A stretch of 63,800 bases of DNA. It comes from Thermoplasmatota archaeon (GTDB taxonomy: Archaea > Thermoplasmatota > E2 > DHVEG-1). Position numbers and translations under genes: made by a program. The stretch is taken from the NCBI GenBank assembly GCA_016932245.1, contig JAFGDG010000086.1, forward strand, positions 1 to 63,800, in the 5' to 3' direction. Under the pieces are notes generated by a model that ran no database searches, was not told where the DNA came from, and saw nothing but the letters and a program-made list of their open reading frames with translations. Below are positions 27,827-37,775 of this stretch, piece after piece. Numbering within the stretch: position 1 is the stretch's first letter; each line of letters starts with the position of its first letter.

Positions 27827-28774
27827 TCATTCCCACTCAACTGTTCCCGGAGGCTTATTGGTTACATCATACACAATACGGTTGACACGGGTTCCCAATT
27901 CATTGGTAATTTTTGTCGATATTTTATCAATTACCTGGTGAGGAATAGTACTATATGAGCACGTCATTGCATCAATGCTGTGCACGGCACGAATGGCAAT
28001 GGTATGGCCATACGCCCGTTTGTCACCATGGACACCAACCGTCTTAACAGGAAGCAATACAGCAAAATACTGCCAAGGTTTCTCCATCTCTCCTTTTTCA
28101 ACTGCCTTCTCTATCTCAGTTTCAACAATATGGCATGCTTCTCTTGCTAATGCCGTTCTTTCTGGTGTTGCTTCTCCAATCACTCTTATGGAAAGCCCTG
28201 GCCCAGGAAAGGGTTGCCGCTCTGCGACAGGAAGTCCCAATACCCGTGCAATCTTCCGTACCTCATCTTTATATAAATCACGTAGTGGTTCAACGAGTTT
28301 CACATCCATTCTTTCAGGAAGACCGCCAACATTATGATGAGATTTTATCGTATCCCTTAGTTCCCCCCCTGATTCAATCCAATCTGGTGCAATCGTTCCT
28401 TGAACAAGATAGTCGATATTTTCTTTTTTTGCAACCTGCTCAAATAATCTAATAAATTTTTCACCGATAATCTTTCGTTTTTTTTCAGGGTCTTCAACCC
28501 CTTTTAACGCCGCATAAAACTCTTTACTTGCATCAATGAATTGATAGTTGAGACCAAGGTTCCTCATCAGTTTTTCTACAGACGCAGACTCTCCTTTTCG
28601 CATGTATCCTGTGTCTATATGTACCGCAATCAGTTGATCCCCAATTGCTTTGTTGACTAATGCTGCGCAAACCGTACTATCAACGCCACCAGAAAATGCA
28701 ATTAGCGTCTTCCCTGCGATCTCTTGTTTAAGTGTTGTGACCGACTCTTTGATAAAACGATCTGCGTTAAACAT
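27827..28774 (-). CDS. guaAB: GMP synthase subunit B (ATP pyrophosphatase)
   Basis: PP-loop AFSGGVDSTV and the C-terminal dimerisation domain ending KPPGTVEWE. Confidence 0.9.
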   Translation of the reverse strand: MFNADRFIKESVTTLKQEIAGKTLIAFSGGVDSTVCAALVNKAIGDQLIAVHIDTGYMRKGESASVEKLMRNLGLNYQFIDASKEFYAALKGVEDPEKKRKIIGEKFIRLFEQVAKKENIDYLVQGTIAPDWIESGGELRDTIKSHHNVGGLPERMDVKLVEPLRDLYKDEVRKIARVLGLPVAERQPFPGPGLSIRVIGEATPERTALAREACHIVETEIEKAVEKGEMEKPWQYFAVLLPVKTVGVHGDKRAYGHTIAIRAVHSIDAMTCSYSTIPHQVIDKISTKITNELGTRVNRIVYDVTNKPPGTVEWE

Positions 28775-28783
28775 ATGTTCTCA

Positions 28784-29230
28784 CTATTTTACTAATGCCT
28801 TTTTTTTCATTTCCTTTCGGTATCGTTCCATTTGTTTCATGATCTTTTTGTCATTAATTGCACAGATTTCGAGTGCAAGTAACGCCGCGTTATCCCCCCT
28901 ATCAAGACCAACGCCCGCAACGGGAATTCCTGGCGGCATCTGAATGATTGACAGGATGGCATCAAGATTGACTTTTCCGCTTACCGGCACCCCGATAACT
29001 GGTTTTGTGGTATGTGATGCAATGGCTCCGGGTAAGGCAGCAGAGAGCCCTGCAATTCCAATAAAAACATCTGCATCACTATGTTCTACCATTTCTTTTA
29101 AAGCATCAGGTGTTCTATGGGCAGATGCAACATTAATTGAATATTCGACATCAAACCCTTTCAATATTGCTTTCGCTCTTTCTGCAACAGGCATGTCTGA
29201 TTTTGAGCCCATGATTATTTGAATCTTCAT
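28784..29230 (-). CDS. purE: N5-carboxyaminoimidazole ribonucleotide mutase / PurE
   Basis: [17 protein letters not shown] and [11 protein letters not shown] motifs. Start placed at ATG 29230 (MKIQII). Confidence 0.9.
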   Translation of the reverse strand: MKIQIIMGSKSDMPVAERAKAILKGFDVEYSINVASAHRTPDALKEMVEHSDADVFIGIAGLSAALPGAIASHTTKPVIGVPVSGKVNLDAILSIIQMPPGIPVAGVGLDRGDNAALLALEICAINDKKIMKQMERYRKEMKKKALVK

Positions 29231-29347
29231 ACCTATCAAACCTGGGAATGTCTGTTGATTAGTTAAGAGTTTCGACCTTTCAGAGAATCTGCCGTAAACT
29301 AATTATACATTGTTCTTATGTTGACAATCAAAAAATTTGGAATAGCA

Positions 29348-31387
29348 ATGAAACTTATTATCTGTGAAAAGAACATCGCTGCACGACGAATTGCATATAT
29401 TCTTTCTAATGGAAAAGTAAAGAACGGACGAATGGGTAGTACACCAATCTATGAATTTACGAAAGACAGTGAACCGTGGACGGTTATAGGATTGCGTGGG
29501 CATATTGTCAATCTTGATTTTCCTGCAGGTTTTAGTCAATGGGCTAAAACTCCCCCGAGTGAACTCATTACTGTTAACCCCTGTAAAAAAATAACAGAAA
29601 AACACATCGCCTCTTCTTTAAAATCATTGGTTGATAAAAACCCTTTTATCGTTGTTGCAACAGACTACGATCGTGAAGGCGAGCTCATAGGTGTTGAAGT
29701 TGTCAATCTTTTAAAAGAATATAACAGAGAGTTGCATACCATCAAACGAGCCAAGTTCAGTGCGATAACTCATTATGAAATTGTACAAGCATTTGAAAAG
29801 CTAGCAAATGTAGATTACAATCTTTCAAGTGCAGGAGAAGCAAGGCAAGTCATAGATCTCATTTGGGGTGCTGTTTTAACTCGATTTATTTCCCTGACTT
29901 CACGTCGTCTTGGTAAGGATTTTCTTTCTATCGGAAGAGTACAATCGCCGACCCTTGCCCTACTTGTTGAACGGGAAAAAACAATCAAAAACTTTGAGCC
30001 AAAAACATTCTGGAAAATAATTGCAAAACTCAAGAAACAAACTACCTTTGATGCCGTTCATAGTACTGGGCAATTTTGGGATAAAACGGATGTCGAGCGC
30101 ATCTATATTAAAGTGAAAGAAGCAAAGAAAGCAAAAGTATCTGATGTCAAAAAAGAAGTTATCAAAGAATATCCCCCTTCGCCTTTTAGCACGACAACGT
30201 TTTTACAATCGGCATCTCATCTCGGGTTATCTGCAGCTGGAGCAATGAAAATTGCGGAAGAGCTTTACATGGGCGGTCTCATTTCATATCCGCGAACAGA
30301 TAATACGGTTTATCCCCCTTCTCTCAATATAAAAGGTATTTTACAAAAATTATCCTTGTCGCCGTTTGCAAAAGAAGCAAAAGAAGTATTAACAAATGGA
30401 AGACAACGACCAACGAGAGGAAAAAAACAAACAACCGATCACCCCCCCATACATCCTGTTGGAGTACCGCAGGGAAGTAAGCTCACTCCTGATCAACAAA
30501 AAGTTTATGAACTAATCTGTCGCCGATTTTTGGCGACCCTTGCCAAAGACGCCATTTCAGAAACCTGCGACGTTTCTTTTGATATATCGGGGGAACCATT
30601 CCAAGCAAGCGGCTACCGAGTAATCGAGTCTCATTGGAAGACTATTTATCCGTACTTTAAAGAGAAAAAAAAACCACTTCCCGAGTTAACCAAAGGAGAG
30701 GAACTTGACATTGCTAAACTTACTTTAAAAGAGGATACCACAAAACCACCTCAACGATATACGCAAGGATCGCTTATTGCAAAAATGGAACAGCTTTCTC
30801 TTGGTACCAAATCCACCAGACATGAAATTATCAGCAAGCTGTATTCAAGAAGGTACATCACTGGTAACACTCTTGTGCCTACTTCAACTGCTATTGCGGT
30901 TATAGATGCTCTTGTCAACTGTGACGTTGTTAAACCAAAGATGACGGCAGAACTTGAAGAAGATATGAATAAAATTGCAATGGGTAAAAAAACATTAGAA
31001 GAAACCATTGCTGAATCACGACAGATGCTCACCACCGTTATGAAGGAATTGGAAAAAGACAAGGAGAAAATAAGAAACAACATCCAGCAAGCTCACCGAG
31101 AGCAAAATATGGTTGGAACGTGTCCAATATGTGGAAAAGTTATGATTATTCGCACTTCAAAGAAAGCAAAGCGATTCGTTGGCTGTACCGGCTATCCTCA
31201 ATGCACCAATACCTATTCACTGCCACAGAGGGGTGCAATTACTAAAACTGAGAAGAAATGCCCAACATGCGGTGCTCCTGTTGTTCGAGTGAAAATGGCA
31301 GGTAAAAAAGGGTGGATTTTATGTCTAAATTCTTCATGCCCGAGCAAGCGGACACGCCCTAACACTTCTCAATCCCCTTCTCAGTAA
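29348..31387 (+). CDS. topA: type IA DNA topoisomerase with two C-terminal zinc ribbons
   Basis: Toprim LIICEK and DYDREGE, active-site tyrosine context ISYPRTDN. Zinc ribbons CPICG...CTGYPQC and CPTCG...CLNSSC. Confidence 0.9.
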   Translation: MKLIICEKNIAARRIAYILSNGKVKNGRMGSTPIYEFTKDSEPWTVIGLRGHIVNLDFPAGFSQWAKTPPSELITVNPCKKITEKHIASSLKSLVDKNPFIVVATDYDREGELIGVEVVNLLKEYNRELHTIKRAKFSAITHYEIVQAFEKLANVDYNLSSAGEARQVIDLIWGAVLTRFISLTSRRLGKDFLSIGRVQSPTLALLVEREKTIKNFEPKTFWKIIAKLKKQTTFDAVHSTGQFWDKTDVERIYIKVKEAKKAKVSDVKKEVIKEYPPSPFSTTTFLQSASHLGLSAAGAMKIAEELYMGGLISYPRTDNTVYPPSLNIKGILQKLSLSPFAKEAKEVLTNGRQRPTRGKKQTTDHPPIHPVGVPQGSKLTPDQQKVYELICRRFLATLAKDAISETCDVSFDISGEPFQASGYRVIESHWKTIYPYFKEKKKPLPELTKGEELDIAKLTLKEDTTKPPQRYTQGSLIAKMEQLSLGTKSTRHEIISKLYSRRYITGNTLVPTSTAIAVIDALVNCDVVKPKMTAELEEDMNKIAMGKKTLEETIAESRQMLTTVMKELEKDKEKIRNNIQQAHREQNMVGTCPICGKVMIIRTSKKAKRFVGCTGYPQCTNTYSLPQRGAITKTEKKCPTCGAPVVRVKMAGKKGWILCLNSSCPSKRTRPNTSQSPSQ

Positions 31388-32312
31388 TATACCCTGTAAT
31401 ATATTTTGCTGGCGTAATATCAAACGCAGGGTTTTTTACGTTAATCCAGCCAGGCATGATATCACAATCGTTTACTTGTAATACCTCGTCTCTCTTTCGC
31501 TGCTCTATAACAATTTCCTCCCCGCATTGAAGAGCGTTATCGAAGGTACTTATTGGCGCTGCAACATAAAAGGGAATATCGTTTTCCTTTGCAAGAACCG
31601 CTTTTTCGTAGGTCCCAATCTTGTTTGCCACGTCGCCATTTTTGGCAATACGATCTGCACCAGTAATAACTACATCAATCTCGCCCTTTTTCATGAAGTG
31701 GCCGGCAGCATTATCTGCAATCAGGGCGTAATTGATTCCTTCCTGTTCTAATTCCCATGCTGTAAGCATTCCCTGAAGGCGCGGCCTCGTTTCATCTACA
31801 AAAACAAACATCTTTTTTTTCTTTTTATGAGCGTTACGTAATGGCGCAAGGGCGGTTCCGTAGTCAACGGTCGCAAGGGCACCAGCATTACAATGGGTAA
31901 GAATGGTTGCCCCATCTCCGATTAACCTCTCGCCATGTTCTCCTATCCTTCTACACTTGTTGATTATGGTCTTTGCATAGGTATTGGCAAGCGTAAGTGC
32001 ATCCTTACCATTAGCTACCCCATCAGTCATATACTTGATTGAATAAAAAAGATCATATGCTGTAGGACGCGTTTTCCGTAGCTTATCTGCTGCCCCATCG
32101 CTATCTTTTTGCCCCAAGACCATGCCGTATGCCGCAGCAACTCCGATGGCTGGTGCACCACGAACCACCATGTCTTTTATAGCAAATACACATGCATCAA
32201 CGGTGTGAGCAGTATAGAATTCAAAGGTGTAAGGGAGTTTTCGTTGGTCAATGAAGCGTATGGCATCGTTTTCGAACCACAGAGCATGATATTCCTTTCC
32301 CTCGACGTTCAT
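31359..32312 (-). CDS. mtnA: methylthioribose-1-phosphate isomerase family (MtnA / eIF-2B-related)
   Basis: N-terminal IRFIDQRKLP, VRGAPAIG, CNAGALAT, DETRPRLQG, GADRIAKNGDVANKIGT and NPAFDITP align by eye with MtnA. Its 3' end overlaps the convergent topA by 29 nt. Confidence 0.8.
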   Translation of the reverse strand: MNVEGKEYHALWFENDAIRFIDQRKLPYTFEFYTAHTVDACVFAIKDMVVRGAPAIGVAAAYGMVLGQKDSDGAADKLRKTRPTAYDLFYSIKYMTDGVANGKDALTLANTYAKTIINKCRRIGEHGERLIGDGATILTHCNAGALATVDYGTALAPLRNAHKKKKKMFVFVDETRPRLQGMLTAWELEQEGINYALIADNAAGHFMKKGEIDVVITGADRIAKNGDVANKIGTYEKAVLAKENDIPFYVAAPISTFDNALQCGEEIVIEQRKRDEVLQVNDCDIMPGWINVKNPAFDITPAKYITGYITEKGIEKC

Positions 32313-32875
32313 GATTTCACTCCTAATGCTTCCAACATTGTACCTTCGACTTGCTGTAAATTGCTGCCCACAACAAATAATCCAGCATTTTTTATTATAA
32401 TGCTCCTACTCTTTCTTAATGTTGTAAGAATTTCCTTTGTAGACTCAAAACTTCCGGAAACACATTCGTTTTCAGTGGAAGGTATCTTTTTTCCTATCTT
32501 CGTTAGCATGTCCTTTCCTTCGAGTTGAATGATTACATTCACATCTGCCCGGGCACGATGGACAAGCCAATGCGTGGGCGTTTCAGGACACGGATATGTT
32601 GATCCTATTACCAACAGAATATTTTTTACTGGGTCATAGTCAACAATCTCAAGAAAATCTTCTCGTTGTAAATCACTGAGATTTTTTTTACTCCCCGTAC
32701 ACAACAATCGTTTTCCAAAACCAAAACTGATCACACCTCTAACAGAGTCAATAATACGTCGTTCCTTCAACAGTTTCCCAAGTTCTGCCAATTCGGCGAC
32801 AAGCGGACAACTACTTTGTTCTCTTGATATAAAAAAGGTTTGTACGCGTGTGTTTGTTAACCCTTTTTCAATCAT
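32309..32875 (-). CDS. class II aldolase/adducin-fold protein, divergent (canonical zinc-binding histidines not evident)
   Basis: LCTGSKKNLSDLQREDFLEIVDYD, PETPTHWLVH and IIIKNAGLFVVGSNLQQVEGTMLEAL follow the aldolase-II domain pattern. The usual H-x-H and N-H-G positions read Q-L-E and N-A-G. It overlaps the mtnA start by 4 nt. Confidence 0.45.
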   Translation of the reverse strand: MIEKGLTNTRVQTFFISREQSSCPLVAELAELGKLLKERRIIDSVRGVISFGFGKRLLCTGSKKNLSDLQREDFLEIVDYDPVKNILLVIGSTYPCPETPTHWLVHRARADVNVIIQLEGKDMLTKIGKKIPSTENECVSGSFESTKEILTTLRKSRSIIIKNAGLFVVGSNLQQVEGTMLEALGVKS

Positions 32876-32918
32876 TACTCTCAGTAACCGTCACCCTTCT
32901 TTTATGTTTTGTCTGCTT

Positions 32919-33248
32919 TCATACCTTGCACCCACACTGTTTTTTCTTTAACAGTTGTTTTTGTTTTTCTAGAGTGTCAATAAATTCTGTTTGGATTCTT
33001 TCTCCTGTAGCAAGAGTTTTTTCAAGTAAGCTATTGTGGCGGTACCCTCGTCTCTTCATTTCTTCGGTTAGTGCTTCATGTCGTAGATAGAGTGCATGTA
33101 ATTTTCCTCTCCATCGCAGTGTTTCAGGATGATGAGCATACCCTTTCTTATTGTTAAGAATAATGGACCATATAGCATGAAGTTCTCGATGTTCCCCCAA
33201 TAAATGTTTTCTACACAATTTTTCAACAGAAATGTCCCATATTCTCAT
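32919..33248 (-). CDS. pyrimidine dimer DNA glycosylase family protein (T4 endonuclease V-like)
   Basis: MRIWDIS...LCRKHLLGEHRELH matches the Pyr_excise family N-terminus. Start moved to ATG 33248, because the longer ORF runs into the tRNA-Ser gene. Confidence 0.65.
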   Translation of the reverse strand: MRIWDISVEKLCRKHLLGEHRELHAIWSIILNNKKGYAHHPETLRWRGKLHALYLRHEALTEEMKRRGYRHNSLLEKTLATGERIQTEFIDTLEKQKQLLKKKQCGCKV

Positions 33249-33271
33249 GTGCGCACCTTGGTGTAATAAAA

Positions 33272-33358
33272 CGCCGAGGGGGAGATTTGAACTCCCGCGA
33301 AGCCGAAGCCTCACGAGCTTTCCAGGCTCGCGCCGTAGCCAGACTGAGCCACCTCGGC
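33272..33358 (-). tRNA. tRNA-Ser (anticodon GGA)
   Basis: 87-nt class II cloverleaf folded by hand. Acceptor GCCGAGG/CCTCGGC, anticodon stem CGAGC/GCTCG with loop CTGGAAA, long variable arm GAGGC-TTCG-GCTTC, T arm GGGAG-TTCAAAT-CTCCC, discriminator G. No CCA; T-tract follows. Confidence 0.9.
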
Positions 33359-33387
33359 AAAAACACTAGCGGAATATCCTCTTCTTA

Positions 33388-34389
33388 TTAAGACTTTTTC
33401 CAGATGGAGGGATACGTTCCCTTTTTCATAAACACGCGCTCAATGGAAGCACACATGCCGGTGTCCTTGTGCATGATCTCTTCTGTAGAGAGTAAGGAAC
33501 GAACCACGGCAACGCCCTCTCCTTTCAAGGTCAGTACTGCAGTCATGTCGTCTTTTTTAATATCTGAATCAATCTCAACAACACCAGGAATTGCCAACCC
33601 TGCACCGTGGCACAATGCATCAGCTGCTGAATCCCGAATCACTATTTTTGGCAAATGAGTTAGTGCATGTTCTAAAGGCATGATTGTTGATCGAAGTCCC
33701 TTTTCATCGTTATTTTCCTTCCAAAACATGTATGCATCTTTAAGATCATGCAGTGTTACGGCATTTTCTTCGTGCAATTTCCCAACTTTTGTACGTCGCA
33801 ATTCAGCAAGATGTGCACCAGTTTTGAGTTTTCTACCGATATCGACACAAAGTGTTCGTACGTAGGTCCCCGCCTCACAACCAACCCGAAATAAAACATC
33901 CCTTTCTTTAATTTGGATAATGTCAAAATAATAGACTTGCCGTTTCCTGCGCACTCTTTTAACTGCAGATCGAACCGGCGGCATTTGTGATACATCACCA
34001 ACAAAACTCTGGCATACTTCTCGTATTTTCTTGTTGTCAACTTGCTTGTGTAGCTTCATCACTCCCACATATTCTTTTCCTGCAGAGAGAAGCACTTGCA
34101 ATACTTTTGTCGCTTCGCCAATACCAATGGGCAACACTCCTACAGCATTAGGATCAAGAGTGCCCCCATGACCAACCTTTTCAATTTCAAGGATTTGCCG
34201 TATCCATGCATCAACTTGATGGGATGTCGGACCACGAGGTTTATCTAAAATGATAATGCCATTGTCAAGAAGTTCCTGCATACTCCGTTGTTCCGGTGCT
34301 TTGCCATAATTTGGGTTGGTTTTTGCCTGGACTTTGATATGTCGCTTGCGCTTTTTATCTGAGGGAAAGACGAAATTCTTTTTCTTCAT
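33388..34389 (-). CDS. cbf5: H/ACA RNP pseudouridine synthase Cbf5 (TruB family)
   Basis: ILDKPRGPTSH, catalytic HGGTLDPNAVGVLPI, and a C-terminal PUA-like segment. Confidence 0.9.
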   Translation of the reverse strand: MKKKNFVFPSDKKRKRHIKVQAKTNPNYGKAPEQRSMQELLDNGIIILDKPRGPTSHQVDAWIRQILEIEKVGHGGTLDPNAVGVLPIGIGEATKVLQVLLSAGKEYVGVMKLHKQVDNKKIREVCQSFVGDVSQMPPVRSAVKRVRRKRQVYYFDIIQIKERDVLFRVGCEAGTYVRTLCVDIGRKLKTGAHLAELRRTKVGKLHEENAVTLHDLKDAYMFWKENNDEKGLRSTIMPLEHALTHLPKIVIRDSAADALCHGAGLAIPGVVEIDSDIKKDDMTAVLTLKGEGVAVVRSLLSTEEIMHKDTGMCASIERVFMKKGTYPSIWKKS

Positions 34390-34426
34390 GGTAGTGCACT
34401 ACAATAAATCTCTTATATAAAAAAGT

Positions 34427-34954
34427 CTACTTTTTGACATGCTTAAGAATCATATCGACAATCTCTTCAGCAGTTTTTTCTGATGAGTCTATTACTAAAT
34501 CATAAATGGAGTTATTGCTAAGCTCGACACCATAATATTGTTTATATCGCAATGCCTCGCTTCTTTCTCGTTTCCGTATCTCTCTTTTTCGCTGTTCTAC
34601 AGTACCGTTTTCTCGCTCTACAATTCGTGCGGCGCGAATGTCGATATCCGCATCAATAAAGACGGTAAAGGCAGGAATCTTATGTTCATAAGAAAGCCAT
34701 CCTGCTAATCTCCCCTCTATGATGACATTTCCCTTCTTTAAAACATCTAACTGTTCTTCATCAATCTTCTTATCAACGTTTTCATGTGTTTCGCAATACT
34801 TCCCAAAGTCCTCAAGAGACATGTCATACTTTTTTGCAAGCGTTCGAAAAATCATGCCAGAATAGACATAAGGAATACCAAGGCGTTTTTCCAACAATTG
34901 TGCAACCGTTGACTTTCCGCTTCCCGGTGTTCCACTTATTGTGATGGTTACCAT
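34427..34954 (-). CDS. cmk: cytidylate kinase, archaeal type
   Basis: P-loop ISGTPGSGKSTVAQLL, plus length and position in the conserved secY-adk-DUF106-cmk cluster. Confidence 0.85.
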   Translation of the reverse strand: MVTITISGTPGSGKSTVAQLLEKRLGIPYVYSGMIFRTLAKKYDMSLEDFGKYCETHENVDKKIDEEQLDVLKKGNVIIEGRLAGWLSYEHKIPAFTVFIDADIDIRAARIVERENGTVEQRKREIRKRERSEALRYKQYYGVELSNNSIYDLVIDSSEKTAEEIVDMILKHVKK

Positions 34955-34961
34955 GATTCAA

Positions 34962-35624
34962 TTATTTTGCAGAAGGTAATATCTTTCCTTTTGTTGATTT
35001 CCACCAGTCCGTCCAAGTAATCCACTTCAGCCCTTGCCGTATTACTTGTCCAACAACCATGGAGAATATCAAATACAACCAAAGCCAAGCTTGCATGAGA
35101 AATGGCTTATAGAACAACGAAGCACCATCGCCCCATGGGACAGTAAAGAAATAATGGTCAAGTCCGCCAAGGAAATATCGTAACCACATGAAGATAGGAA
35201 CGATGAAAATAAACAAAAAAATCATCGGTTTCATCATGCCGCTGGATGCATCCGTTTGTTTTTTCATGATTTGCGGTTGCATTTTCATTAGCTTATTGAC
35301 ACGGTTCGTATTTCCTTCTTTACGAGCTTTTGATATCTCTTTCTGAAACGCTCGGGAAAGTTCTTGTGCTTCCCCCATTTTTTTCCAATCGGTAAACAGA
35401 CTGTTAAAAAATGAGGACAGAAAAACCACGATAATCCCCGCTAAAATTAATGTAACTAATGGAAAACTTCCATCAAAGCCAATGAGTGGATAAAATACGG
35501 TATTGAGTGATACGGCCAACCAGTTTGCGATAGCTTGGTTACCAAAGACAAAAATCATCAAAAACATTAGTACCATCAGCATCAGCAACTGGCTCCCTTG
35601 AGCCTTATTATTCATTTTTCTCAT
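34962..35624 (-). CDS. DUF106 / EMC3-TMCO1-like membrane protein (archaeal Oxa1/YidC-superfamily insertase candidate)
   Basis: TM1, then a Lys/Met/Gln-rich coiled coil (KEISKARKEGNTNRVNKLMKMQPQIMKKQ), then two TM helices. It sits at the conserved position between adk and cmk. Confidence 0.7.
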   Translation of the reverse strand: MRKMNNKAQGSQLLMLMVLMFLMIFVFGNQAIANWLAVSLNTVFYPLIGFDGSFPLVTLILAGIIVVFLSSFFNSLFTDWKKMGEAQELSRAFQKEISKARKEGNTNRVNKLMKMQPQIMKKQTDASSGMMKPMIFLFIFIVPIFMWLRYFLGGLDHYFFTVPWGDGASLFYKPFLMQAWLWLYLIFSMVVGQVIRQGLKWITWTDWWKSTKGKILPSAK

Positions 35625-35640
35625 ACTATCATCTCTTGTG

Positions 35641-36189
35641 TTATTCTAATACCGGTGCTGCCTGTTGTACCGCATCATCGATAGCGTCGTCATGGTTAAA
35701 AACAATTTTGACCGTTGCACCAGACAATGCCGCATAGGCCATGGCAGCCGCTCGATTTATTTGTTGATGTTCTACAATTTGCTCTATGTCATCAGGGTCT
35801 CTTTTTCTTGTAGGATCTTTTGCTCTTCTGTCATATATTTCTTGAGGGTCGGCTTCTACGACGACGATGGTAGTTGGATGTAGTTTTTTAATAACCCGCT
35901 CGGGTAGCCCAGGCATGTATCCTTTCGGTGTTTTTATGGTGCAATGGGTATCTAAAATCACATTACCCATAGATGCAACCTTTTCTGCAGATTTTATCTG
36001 CAAATCTTTTTGCTGTTTCAAGGTGAGTTTTCTCATCCCATCTCTATCTTTTACTAGACCTAGTTCCTTTGCGATCTCAATCATAACAGTTCCAAAGGTA
36101 ACAAATTGTATGTCCATTCCTTCTGCCGCTTTTTTCATGACCGTTGTTTTGCCAACACCCGGTATTCCTGTTACAACGATAACTCCCAT
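35641..36189 (-). CDS. adkA: adenylate kinase, archaeal type
   Basis: P-loop VVTGIPGVGKTTV; length and position immediately downstream of secY. Confidence 0.85.
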   Translation of the reverse strand: MGVIVVTGIPGVGKTTVMKKAAEGMDIQFVTFGTVMIEIAKELGLVKDRDGMRKLTLKQQKDLQIKSAEKVASMGNVILDTHCTIKTPKGYMPGLPERVIKKLHPTTIVVVEADPQEIYDRRAKDPTRKRDPDDIEQIVEHQQINRAAAMAYAALSGATVKIVFNHDDAIDDAVQQAAPVLE

Positions 36190-36212
36190 AATAAAAACCT
36201 CGCCTATGTTTT

Positions 36213-37754
36213 TTATTCATTTCCAAAGAAGCCACGGAGTACTGGATGCATTTCCATTGCTTGCTCTTTACCAATTTGTTCATACAATTGAATGATAATA
36301 CTGACTGCCAACAATACACCTGTTCCGCTTACACTTCCTATAGTTCCTATCATATCTGCAAAACCCGCGAGGGCACCTATTGCCGCTCCGCCAATCACGG
36401 TTATAACTGGTATATATCTCTCGAGAACCTTTCTCAGTACTCGCGGGTCACGTCTGAAACCAGGTATCTGCATACCACTGCTCTGAATTTGTTTTGCAAC
36501 ATCATGCGCCCCCATATTTGTTGTTTCAATCCAGAATTTAGCAAAAAGAATAGATCCAAAAATCATCACGGACAGATAAATAATAACCTTCAGCGCAAAC
36601 TGCCAGGGCGCATGGTAAACAATACCACCCCCGCCACCTAGAATTGGCATAAGCCAACTATTTAACCCTCCAGGACTAGAAAGGTACCACGCACCGCCCG
36701 AAAGTGGTTGCGTACTAACAGTAAGATCGTAATTACCAATCCATGCTTGACCGCCCAGTAATGGAACGCCTGGATTATTATACAACAACATTGCAAACAT
36801 ATTGATATTTGCAAGTAACGCGGCCACTAAAATAACTGGGATAACAGATGCATATATCAGCCTAATTGGATATCTACCACGGGCGCCACGAACTCGACCG
36901 TGAGCAAGGGGCAATTCAATACGAGATGATTCCGCATAAACCACGATAAAGAAGATGAGGATGGTTCCCAGTAACGGTACAATGGCATTCTGATAACCAA
37001 TTTGTGGAGAACCCATAAACATCGTCTGATACCCCCAATTGACCATATCCCCTAACGACAGATGGGTTGCATAGTAATAGGTTCCTGGAATTACTCCTGC
37101 CGGAGGATTTGTTAAACTTATTTCTGCTGCCTGGACAGGCAACCAATTGAATAATCCTGTAAAAATAGATTGCGATACGCCTGCTGCGATAAACAGAGAA
37201 ATTCCGGAGCCAATTCCCCATTTTGAAATCAACTCGTCCATGAAGAATACAAGCAATGCCCCTATAACCAATTGGATGATAATAACCACGCTAGCCATAT
37301 CCCCGCCAATCAATCCAACCAAACCTTCGTTTGGCTGTAGATATCCAAAGATTTGGGGAATGGCTTCAACAAAAATCATCACAATAACAAGGATTTTTTG
37401 GGTTCCTTGGTAGATTGCTTTATCCTCTTTTTTTGTTAGATCAAGGTTAATGATTTTTGCACCAACAAAAAGCTGCAGAATAATAGATGCCGTAACAATA
37501 GGCCCGATTCCTAGGTGCATAATGGAACCAGAGGCACCAGCCATAATGAACCGATATTGTGAAAATAAATCAATAACGTCTCCTTTTAATCCAAAGATCA
37601 TCACGTTGGTTAGGATGTAATAAATAATCAAACAAAGTATTGTCCAAATGATTTTTGTTCGAAAATTAACATGCCCTTCAGGTTTAGCAATAGCAGGCCA
37701 TCGTTCAATAATCGGTTTTAGTGCAAATAATCGACTTTTTTTCTCTTCCACCAT
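36213..37754 (-). CDS. secY: preprotein translocase subunit SecY
   Basis: 513 aa, 10-TM protein with a typical archaeal SecY N-terminus (RTKIIWTILCLIIYYIL, GASGSIMHLGIGPIVTASIILQL), downstream of uL15. Confidence 0.95.
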   Translation of the reverse strand: MVEEKKSRLFALKPIIERWPAIAKPEGHVNFRTKIIWTILCLIIYYILTNVMIFGLKGDVIDLFSQYRFIMAGASGSIMHLGIGPIVTASIILQLFVGAKIINLDLTKKEDKAIYQGTQKILVIVMIFVEAIPQIFGYLQPNEGLVGLIGGDMASVVIIIQLVIGALLVFFMDELISKWGIGSGISLFIAAGVSQSIFTGLFNWLPVQAAEISLTNPPAGVIPGTYYYATHLSLGDMVNWGYQTMFMGSPQIGYQNAIVPLLGTILIFFIVVYAESSRIELPLAHGRVRGARGRYPIRLIYASVIPVILVAALLANINMFAMLLYNNPGVPLLGGQAWIGNYDLTVSTQPLSGGAWYLSSPGGLNSWLMPILGGGGGIVYHAPWQFALKVIIYLSVMIFGSILFAKFWIETTNMGAHDVAKQIQSSGMQIPGFRRDPRVLRKVLERYIPVITVIGGAAIGALAGFADMIGTIGSVSGTGVLLAVSIIIQLYEQIGKEQAMEMHPVLRGFFGNE

Positions 37755-37775
37755 TGTTCAAACCCGGATGCATTT

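Noticed and set aside
33249-33314. Longer version of the glycosylase ORF
   Set aside because: It would run through the tRNA-Ser gene. The family N-terminus MRIWD begins at ATG 33248.
35867-36295. 142-aa plus-strand ORF across the adkA/secY junction
   Set aside because: It is antisense to two strongly supported genes.
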